From a virus (lineage: Duplodnaviria > Heunggongvirae > Uroviricota > Caudoviricetes), in the IMG/VR virus record IMGVR_UViG_3300029567_000055, positions 1-14,242 of that record: 14,242 bases of DNA. One strand, 5' to 3'. Below, piece after piece: positions 7,738 through 14,242 of this stretch. Under the pieces are notes generated by a model that had not been told where the DNA came from, searched no databases, and saw nothing but the letters and a program-made list of their open reading frames with translations. A program made the translations under genes and the position numbers. How positions within the stretch are numbered: the stretch's first letter is position 1; the number at the start of each line of letters is the position of its first letter.

Positions 7738-8183
7738 TGGATTTCAGTCTTGATTTTTCAGGTCTGGCGGATATTGCACGGGATCTGGAGACGCTCAGCA
7801 GGGCAGAAAACAATAAGGTTCTGCGCGATGCCACCCGTGCCGGTGCTGAAGTTATGCGGGATGCAGTTGTTGAACGTGCGCCGGAGCGAACCGGGAAACT
7901 GAAGAAAAATGTGGTTGTTCTCACGCAGCGTTCAAAGCGTCGGGGGGAAATTATCTCGGGTGTCCACATTCGCGGACGGAACCTGCGAACCGGAAACAGT
8001 GATAACAGCATGAAAGCCAGCGATCCCCGAAATGCGTTTTACTGGCGCTTTGTGGAGCTGGGAACGATAAACATGCCCGCGCATCCGTTCATTCGCCCGG
8101 CTTTCGATACGACAGAGGAACTGGCAGCACAGATTGCCATACAGCGAATGAATCAGGCTATTGATGAGGTCTTAAGTAAATGA
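7737..8183 (+). CDS. HK97 gp10-family protein (neck / tail-completion component)
   Basis: ATG at 7737 overlaps the upstream TGA (7735-7737); a GTG at 7734 is an alternative start. The motifs ...RAPERTGKLKKNVVV... and ...YWRFVELGTINMPAHPFIRPA are characteristic of the HK97 gp10 family. Confidence 0.75.
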   Translation: MDFSLDFSGLADIARDLETLSRAENNKVLRDATRAGAEVMRDAVVERAPERTGKLKKNVVVLTQRSKRRGEIISGVHIRGRNLRTGNSDNSMKASDPRNAFYWRFVELGTINMPAHPFIRPAFDTTEELAAQIAIQRMNQAIDEVLSK

Positions 8184-8524
8184 GGGAAGCCACACTGTAT
8201 TCCCTGCTGTCTCAACTGGCCGGAGGACAGGTTTATCCTTATGTGGTCCCGCTGACGGAGGGAAAGCCTGCGGTATCTCCGCCGTGGCTGGTGTTTTCTG
8301 TGGTGTCTGACACGGCGTCTGATGTGCTTGATGGTCAGGCTGAATCCAGAATTACCGTGCAGATCGATGTCTGGGCAACAGTACCTGATGACGCAGATGA
8401 TATCCGTGAGCAGGCGCTTGATGCGGTAAGGCAACTTGCACCCTCCGTTATTTCTAAAACTCAGGGTTATGATCCTGATTCCCGTCTGAGCAGAGCCACG
8501 CTTGAATTTCAGGTAATAGCCTGA
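8180..8524 (+). CDS. Tail terminator / tail-completion-like protein (DUF3168 or gpU-like, tentative)
   Basis: ATG at 8180 overlaps the upstream stop (ATGA). The 114-aa product lies between the neck genes and the major tail gene, the position occupied by U-like tail terminators. The family assignment is by position and size. Confidence 0.5.
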   Translation: MREATLYSLLSQLAGGQVYPYVVPLTEGKPAVSPPWLVFSVVSDTASDVLDGQAESRITVQIDVWATVPDDADDIREQALDAVRQLAPSVISKTQGYDPDSRLSRATLEFQVIA

Positions 8525-8544
8525 GGTCGTTAATGATTTTACCC

Positions 8545-8571
8545 ACCCGCCGCTGGCGGGTTTTTTATTTT
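8545..8571 (+). terminator. Intrinsic (rho-independent) terminator
   Basis: A GC stem cccgcc (8546-8551) / ggcggg (8555-8560) with loop gct, extended by a45:t61, followed by TTTTTTATTTT (8561-8571). It lies in the gap between the DUF3168-like gene and the major tail gene. Confidence 0.6.
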
Positions 8572-8583
8572 CAGGAGACGAGT

Positions 8584-9288
8584 ATGTCCTCTAATTTTGA
8601 GCGTTCGCAACTGACGAAAATTATGATTTCGTCTGCACCGGTAACAGCAGAAACCCTGGATTCTGCCAGCTATCTTGGCCTGAGCTGTACAATCAAAGAG
8701 GTGCAGTTTACCGCAGGACAAAAGCAGGATATTGATGTCACCACGCTGTGTTCTGTTGAGCAGGAAAATATTAACGGCCTTGGTGCCGCGTCAGAGATTT
8801 CCATGTCAGGCAACTTTTACCTCAATGCTGCCCAGAACGCGTTGCGCAGTGCCTATGACAATGACACCACGTATGGCTTTAAAGTTATTTTTCCGTCAGG
8901 CAACGGATTTACCTTTATGGCAGAGGTGCGTCAGCATACCTGGTCTGCAGGAACTAATGGTGTTGTGGCTGCAACGTTTTCCCTGCGCCTGAAAGGTAAA
9001 CCTGTGCTGACGACAGAGCCGCTGAAAGTGAAGGTCGATTTAAACAGCACGCTGCAGGTTTCTGCCGGAGCGAAACTCGAAATGGTGGTTGAGGCTGCCG
9101 GTGGTGTGCCGCCTTATTCTTATGTCTGGAAGAAAGGTAGTTCTCCTGTTTCCGGACAGACGGCGGCAACATTCAGTAAGGCATCAGCAGCATCAGGTGA
9201 TGCCGGTGCGTATACCTGCGAGATTTCTGATTCAGCAAGCCCTGTTAACAAGGTGACCTCCACTTCCTGCACTGTTACCGTCAGTTAA
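8584..9288 (+). CDS. Major tail (tube) protein with C-terminal Ig-like domain
   Basis: ATG at 8584 follows CAGGAG (8572-8577), downstream of the terminator. The N-terminal ~150 aa are tail-tube-like. The C-terminal ~90 aa (LQVSAGAKLEMVVEAAGGVPPYSYVWKK...GDAGAYTCEISD...CTVTVS) has the I-set/Big-like Ig signature (W...Y.C). Confidence 0.75.
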   Translation: MSSNFERSQLTKIMISSAPVTAETLDSASYLGLSCTIKEVQFTAGQKQDIDVTTLCSVEQENINGLGAASEISMSGNFYLNAAQNALRSAYDNDTTYGFKVIFPSGNGFTFMAEVRQHTWSAGTNGVVAATFSLRLKGKPVLTTEPLKVKVDLNSTLQVSAGAKLEMVVEAAGGVPPYSYVWKKGSSPVSGQTAATFSKASAASGDAGAYTCEISDSASPVNKVTSTSCTVTVS

Positions 9289-9302
9289 TGAGGATAGATG
9301 TG

Positions 9303-9674
9303 ATGACTAAAAATATCCGCAATCTGGCACTGGCAACGATGTCGGGGTTTCGCCATAAAACTGTTGATGTGCCTGAATGGGAAGGGGCAACGGTTGTATT
9401 ACGGGAACCTTCTGCAGAAGCCTGGTTGCGCTGGCAGGAGATCGTTAAAGCAAAAGATGATGAGACACCGTTATCCGTTGCGGAGCGCGCCCGCCGAAAT
9501 CTGGAGGCAGATGTTGAACTGTTCATTGATGTTCTGTGTGATACCGGACTGCAACCTGTATTTTCAGAGGATGATCGTGAACAGGTGATTGCCGTGTATG
9601 GCCCGGTGCATGCGCGGCTTCTTCGGCAGTCTCTGGAACTGATCAGTGATGCCGGCGAGGTTAAAAAAAAGTAG
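9303..9674 (+). CDS. Tail assembly chaperone (lambda G-like), frame-0 product
   Basis: ATG at 9303 follows AGGAT (9291-9295); an in-frame ATG at 9288 overlaps the upstream stop. The ORF ends ...EVKKK-TAG at 9672-9674, directly on an A8G slippery run. It lies immediately upstream of the tape measure gene. Confidence 0.75.
   Translation: MTKNIRNLALATMSGFRHKTVDVPEWEGATVVLREPSAEAWLRWQEIVKAKDDETPLSVAERARRNLEADVELFIDVLCDTGLQPVFSEDDREQVIAVYGPVHARLLRQSLELISDAGEVKKK
9665..9671 (+). promoter_or_regulatory. Programmed -1 ribosomal frameshift slippery heptamer A_AAA_AAG (G/GT-type)
   Basis: Frame-0 codons are AAA(9666-8) AAG(9669-71) TAG. The -1 frame is blocked by TAA at 9662-9664 but open from 9665 to 9976, so a slip on this heptamer fuses the chaperone to the downstream ORF. 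Confidence 0.65.
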
Positions 9675-9976
9675 AGCTTCCGGGGATGCGTTTTCTGATG
9701 ATGCTGGCGCTCAGGATGGGGCGCACATTGTCAGAGTTACGCCGGGAAATGTCCGCATCAGAAATCATGATGTGGGCAGAATTTGACAGGTACAGCCCGC
9801 TGGGTGACGAGCGGGCTGATATCCGGGCTGCCCAGATAGTTTCTGCGGTTTACGGTGCGCAGGGTGTCAAAGTCCCACTGAATGATGCGCTTCTTCAGTG
9901 GGAACAAGAGCAGACAGAAGGCGTCTCAGATCCATTTGCCGGACTGGAAAACGCGCTTTTAATAGTGTCTCAGTGA
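9665..9976 (+). CDS. Tail assembly chaperone frameshift extension (lambda T-like part of a G-T fusion)
   Basis: This is the -1 frame relative to the chaperone, open 9665..9976. It has no Shine-Dalgarno of its own before the first ATG at 9686. The predicted fusion junction is ...EVKKK-K-VELPGMRFLMM.... Confidence 0.6.
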   Translation, partial: KKVELPGMRFLMMLALRMGRTLSELRREMSASEIMMWAEFDRYSPLGDERADIRAAQIVSAVYGAQGVKVPLNDALLQWEQEQTEGVSDPFAGLENALLIVSQ

Positions 9977-9984
9977 GTCAACAT

Positions 9985-10006
9985 AACCGCTTCGGCGGTT
10001 TTTTTC
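9985..10006 (+). terminator. Intrinsic terminator with UUCG tetraloop
   Basis: Stem aaccgc (9985-9990) / gcggtt (9995-10000) with loop ttcg, followed by a T-run through 10005. It lies between the G-T extension stop (9976) and the tape measure start. Confidence 0.6.
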
Positions 10007-10015
10007 GTCCGGAGA

Positions 10016-13000
10016 ATGAGTGTGGCGACATTACGTGAACTGATTATTAAAATCTCGGCAAATTCCCGGTCATTCCAGTCAGAGATCTCCCGGGCTTCGC
10101 GTATGGGGCAGGATTACTACCGTACCATGCAGAACGGAGGCCGGCAGTCCGCTGCTGCATCCCGTGAAATGCGGCGTGCACTGGCAGAAGTGACGGATCA
10201 GATAAATACAGCTAAATCTTCGGCACTGAATATGGCGGGGGCATTTGCCGGAGCTTTTGCTACNNNNNNNNNNGTCATCTTATTTCTCTCGCCGATGAGT
10301 GGAATTCAGTAAATGCCCGTCTGAAGCAGGCTTCACAGTCCAGTGATGATTTTCAGGTATCACAACGTGAATTAATGGCAATCAGCCAGAGAACGGGAAC
10401 GGCGTTTTCTGATAACGCCAGCCTTTTTGCCCGCTCTGCAGCTTCCATGCGGGAGTATGGCTACAGTTCTGAGGAGGTACTGAAAGTCACCGAGGCGATC
10501 TCCACGGGCCTGAAATTATCCGGTGCCAGTACAGCAGAAGCCAGTTCGGTGATCACGCAGTTCAGTCAGGCACTGGCGCAGGGAGTGCTGCGCGGTGAAG
10601 AATTTAACTCTGTGAATGAGAACGGCGATCGTGTTATTCGTGCGCTGGCTGCGGGAATGGGTGTTGCCCGTAAGGATCTGAAGGCCATGGCGGATAACGG
10701 AAAACTGACCGCCGATAAGGTTGTTCCTGCACTGATTAGTCAGCTTGGGGCGTTGCGTGATGAATATGCAGCAATGCCTGATACTGTTTCATCCTCTGCA
10801 ACCAAAGTTGAAAACGCCTTTATGGCCTGGGTTGGTGGTGCGAACGAGGCAAGCGGAGTGACAAAGACACTCACCGGGGTGTTGAATGGTGTTGCAGACA
10901 ATATTGATACCGTGGCTGCTGCAGCTGGCGCACTGGTTGCCGTCGGGGTAGCCCGATATTTTGGCAATATGGCGTCGTCTGCTGGATCTGCAACTGCCGG
11001 ATTAATTACTGCAGCCAGAAACGAAGTGGCTCTTGCTGAAGCGCAACTTCGGGGGACACAGATAGCAACCGCCAGGGCGCGTGCGGCGGTTTATCGTGCG
11101 CAACAGGCGGTTGTTGCTGCTCGCGGTACCGAAAGGCAGGCCGCAGCAGAAGCGAAGCTGACAGCTGCCCAGGCGTCACTTACCCGTAATATTGCGGCCA
11201 GAACAGCGGCACAGACAACGCTGAATACTGTCACGTCAGTGGGGAGTCGTCTGTTAAGTGGTGCGCTGGGGTTGGTTGGTGGTGTGCCGGGACTCGTCAT
11301 GCTGGGGGCGACGGCCTGGTACACGATGTATCAGAATCAGGAGCAGGCCAGAGAATCTGCACGCCAGTATGCCGCAACAATCGACGAAATTCGCCAGAAA
11401 ACGTCGGCAATGTCGCTTCCTGAAGCGTCAGATAATGAGGAAAAGACGCGGCAGGCACTTGATGAGCAAAACAGGTTAATTGACGAGCAGAAAAGTAAGA
11501 TTAAATCCTTACAGGAAAAAATTGCTGGCTATCAGTATGTGCTGGCAAACCCGGGCTGGACAACCGATAACGGTTTTATGATTAACCACATGACGTCGGT
11601 AAAAACTGTCACAGAAGGGCTTGCAGAAGCAACAAATCAACTGGCAGTTGAACAGTCCCGTCTCACACAAATGCAGGGCAAAGCGCAATCCATTCAGGAT
11701 GTGCTTGCCGGGCTGGAGGAGCGACGGGTGGCGTTGATCCGTCAACAGGCCGCGGAACAAAACAAAGCGTATCAGTCCCTGTTGATCATGAATGGGCAGC
11801 ATACCGAGTTTAATCGCCTTCTCGGGCTCGGTAATGAATTACTTCAGCAGCGACAGGGGCTGGTGAATGTACCGTTACGGCTACCACAGGCAACCCTGGA
11901 TGATAAACAGCAGACCGCACTGAATAACAGCGAGCGCGAACTGGCTCTGTCCCGCCTGAAGGGGGAAGCCCGTGAGCGTGCCCGCCTGGGTTATGCTGCG
12001 GATGATCTCGGCTTTGTGGGAGAGGCGTATCAGACAGCCAGACAGAATTATATCAATAACTCACTGGATGCCTGGCGAAATAACCAGGCAAATAAACCCA
12101 AAGCGCATAAAAAGACCGAAGCGGAAAAAACAGAAGATATTTATAAACGGCTGATTAAACAGCAAAAAGAACAAATAGCACTGGCAGGGCAGAATACTGA
12201 ACTGGCTAAGATGAAATATCAGGTCAGTCAGGGCGAATTATCAACCCTGTCAGAAGCGCAGAAAAAAACGCTTTTGCAGAATGCAGCACTCATCGACCAG
12301 AAAAAGATTCGTGAGCAGCTTGCTGCGTATGAGAGCAGTCTGGCGGACAGTAATGCCAGTGCCCGGGCATCTGACGACGCGCAGTTGCTGGGATATGGTG
12401 AAGGCTCACGGATGCGTGAACGACTCCAGGAAATGTGGAGTATCCGGCAGACGTTTGAGCAGAAAAATAACGAACTGCTGAGACAGTATCAGGCCGGAGA
12501 AATTGAAGAAGCCCTGTGGAAACAGGAGAAAGAACTGAATAAAAAATATCTGGAAGAGCGTCTCAGCGATCAGCAGGATTATTATGCAAAGGCCGATGCT
12601 TTACGTAATAACTGGAATGCCGGACTCCAGGAAGGACTGACCAACTGGGCAGACAGTGCCACCGATTATGCTTCACAGGCGGCAGATGCTGTCGTTTCCA
12701 CGATGGACGGGCTGGTATCAAATATTTCCGATGCACTGGCCGGGAATGTTGTGGAGTGGAGGAACTGGGGGAGTTCAGTTCTCCGGGAAGTTTCAAAAAT
12801 TCTGATGAATGCAGCCATTGTTAACGGACTGAAATCACTCTCCGGTGCCGGAGGGTGGCTTGGTACGGTCGGCGGATGGATTTCGGGGGCGGTGGCAAAC
12901 GCAAAAGGTGGTGTTTACACATCGGCAAATCTGAGTGCTTACAGTAACACTATTGTGGATACACCGACGTATTTTGCTTTTGCGAAAGGTGCCGGGCTGA

Positions 13001-13257
13001 TGGGTGAGGCCGGGCCTGAAGCTATCATGCCACTGACACGGGCAGCGGACGGCTCTCTTGGGGTCAGAGCCATTGGCAATGTGAATGGTGGCGGTGGATT
13101 TGTTTATTCTCCCGTGTATCACATCAGCATTCAGAATCAAGGGAGCAATGGCGAGATAGATACGCGCTCAGCCAGGGGACTGGTGGATCTGATCGACAGC
13201 AGGGTTGTGTCAATTATGCAGTCATCGCGTCGGGATGGAGGATTATACAGTGCCTGA
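10016..13257 (+). CDS. Tail tape measure protein (lambda H-like), interrupted by a 10-N assembly gap
   Basis: ATG at 10016; a GTG at 10022 has better spacing from GGAG (10011-10014). The frame after the gap is open from the Ns through the listed 10375 start, reading ...HLISLADEWNSVNARLKQASQSSDDFQVSQRELMAISQ.... The product is long, Ala/Gln-rich and coiled-coil in the middle. The C-terminal part (...NWADSATDYASQAADAVVSTMDG...GGLYSA) resembles the lambda gpH C-terminus. The ORF track's 10016..10312 and 10375..13257 pieces are one gene. Confidence 0.8.
10264..10273. other. Assembly gap (run of 10 N)
   Basis: A literal nnnnnnnnnn in the sequence; the true length is unknown. The apparent frame change across it is therefore uninformative. 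Confidence 0.95.
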
Positions 13258-13591
13258 GCCTGAAGTTTTTAACTGGATCCCCCGTGAGGGGATGGAGACG
13301 ACACGAAAGCCATCAGTTATTACGGTAAAGTTTGGTGACGGATATGAACAGCGACGGGCTGGTGGTCTGAATGCGGATCTGAAAACGTTTAAACCGGTAT
13401 TTCGTGTCACAGATGAATACTCCCGTGCCGCGCTGGACAGTTTTTTATCCCGTCATGCCGGGATTCGTGCTTTTTTGTGGCGTCCGCCAAAACACAACAG
13501 GACTGTCCGGGTTGTCTGCAGGGAGTGGAGCATTTCGGATAATGCCATGTATACCGATTTTAACTGTACCTTTGAAGAGGTCACTCACTGA
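13250..13591 (+). CDS. M: Minor tail protein M (lambda gpM-like)
   Basis: GTG at 13250 follows GGAGG (13237-13241) and overlaps the tape measure stop. The product ...VKFGDGYEQRRAGGLNADLKTF...FLWRPP...VVCREWS... parallels lambda M (FGDGYSQRAPAGLNANLKTY...FLWTPP...VTCAKWS) as I recall it. Its stop overlaps the next ATG (ATGA at 13589-13593). Confidence 0.8.
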   Translation: MPEPEVFNWIPREGMETTRKPSVITVKFGDGYEQRRAGGLNADLKTFKPVFRVTDEYSRAALDSFLSRHAGIRAFLWRPPKHNRTVRVVCREWSISDNAMYTDFNCTFEEVTH

Positions 13592-14242
13592 TGCAGGATA
13601 TACAGCAGGAAACACTCAATGAGTGCACTAAAACGGAGCAATCCGCGCTGGTCGTGCTCTGGGAAATTGATCTGACAGAGGTCGGCGGAGATCGTTATTT
13701 CTTCTGTAATGAGCAGAACGAAAAAGGTGAAGCAGTCACCTGGCAGGGGCGGCAGTATCAGGCCTATCCCATTCAGGGAAGTGGATTTGAGATGAACGGT
13801 AAAGGAGCCAGTGCAAGGCCAACTCTGAAAGTCTCTAATCTGCACGGCATGGTCACAGGGATGGCGGAAGATCTGCAGAGTCTGGTCGGCGGAACGGTGG
13901 TCCGGCGTAAGGTTTACGCCCGTTTTCTGGATGCGGTGAACTTCGTCAACGGAAACAGCGAAGCCGATCCGGAGCAGGAGGTAATCAGCCGCTGGCGCAT
14001 CGAGCAGTGCAGCGAACTGAGCGCGGTGAGTGCCTCCTTTGTACTGTCCACGCCGACGGAAACGGATGGCGCTGTTTTTCCGGGGCGCATCATGCTGGCC
14101 AACACCTGCACCTGGACCTATCGTGGTGATGAGTGTGGTTATAGCGGTCCGGCGGTCGCGGATGAATATGACCAGCCGACCTCCGATATCACGAAGGATA
14201 AATGCAGCAAATGCCTGAGTGGCTGTAAGTTTCGCAATAACG
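13591..14242 (+). CDS. L: Minor tail protein L (lambda gpL-like), 3'-partial
   Basis: ATG at 13591; the frame is open to the window end. My translation MQDIQQETLNECTKTEQSALVVLWEIDLTEVGGDRYFFCNEQNEKGE...CTWTYRGDECGYSGPAVADEYDQPTSDITKDKCSKCLSGCKFRNN is near-collinear with lambda gpL as I recall it, including the C-terminal Cys cluster. Confidence 0.9.
   Translation, partial: MQDIQQETLNECTKTEQSALVVLWEIDLTEVGGDRYFFCNEQNEKGEAVTWQGRQYQAYPIQGSGFEMNGKGASARPTLKVSNLHGMVTGMAEDLQSLVGGTVVRRKVYARFLDAVNFVNGNSEADPEQEVISRWRIEQCSELSAVSASFVLSTPTETDGAVFPGRIMLANTCTWTYRGDECGYSGPAVADEYDQPTSDITKDKCSKCLSGCKFRNN

Noticed and set aside
10016-10312. Tape measure gene as two separate genes or a frameshifted pseudogene (ORFs 10016..10312 and 10375..13257)
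   Set aside because: The split coincides exactly with the N10 gap. Both sides are open up to the gap and read as tape measure protein, so the break is an assembly artefact, not a lesion.
1-14242. CRISPR arrays, tRNA or rRNA genes, IS elements, integrase or att sites
   Set aside because: No direct-repeat arrays, no cloverleaf-compatible segments and no transposase-like or integrase-like ORFs were seen. The window is interior to the prophage.

Overview
This window is the late (lysis-to-tail) region of a lambdoid siphovirus prophage of an enterobacterial host, with every supported gene on the + strand. Reading left to right: the 3' end of an M15/LAS-type peptidase endolysin, a tiny lipoprotein, an unassigned small acidic protein behind a 170-bp non-coding spacer, then an HNH endonuclease, terminase small (P27-type) and large subunits, a 2-TM mini-protein, and an HK97-type head module (portal, prohead protease, major capsid protein with N-terminal coiled-coil delta domain, gp6-like connector, head-closure, gp10-like, DUF3168-like). 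The tail module follows: major tail protein with a C-terminal Ig-like domain, a G/GT-type tail assembly chaperone pair joined by an A_AAA_AAG -1 slippery site, a roughly 1060-aa tape measure protein, and lambda M-like and L-like minor tail proteins (L runs off the 3' edge). The tape measure gene is interrupted by a 10-N assembly gap, which is why the ORF track splits it in two. Two clean intrinsic terminators sit inside the late operon, flanking the major-tail/chaperone genes. I found no rRNA, tRNA, CRISPR array, IS element or integrase. I see no compelling new multi-gene system; the best candidates for undescribed function are the three small cargo-like genes (lipoprotein, acidic protein, 2-TM mini-protein). 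All family assignments rest on motif recognition by eye and recalled sequences, not on database searches.
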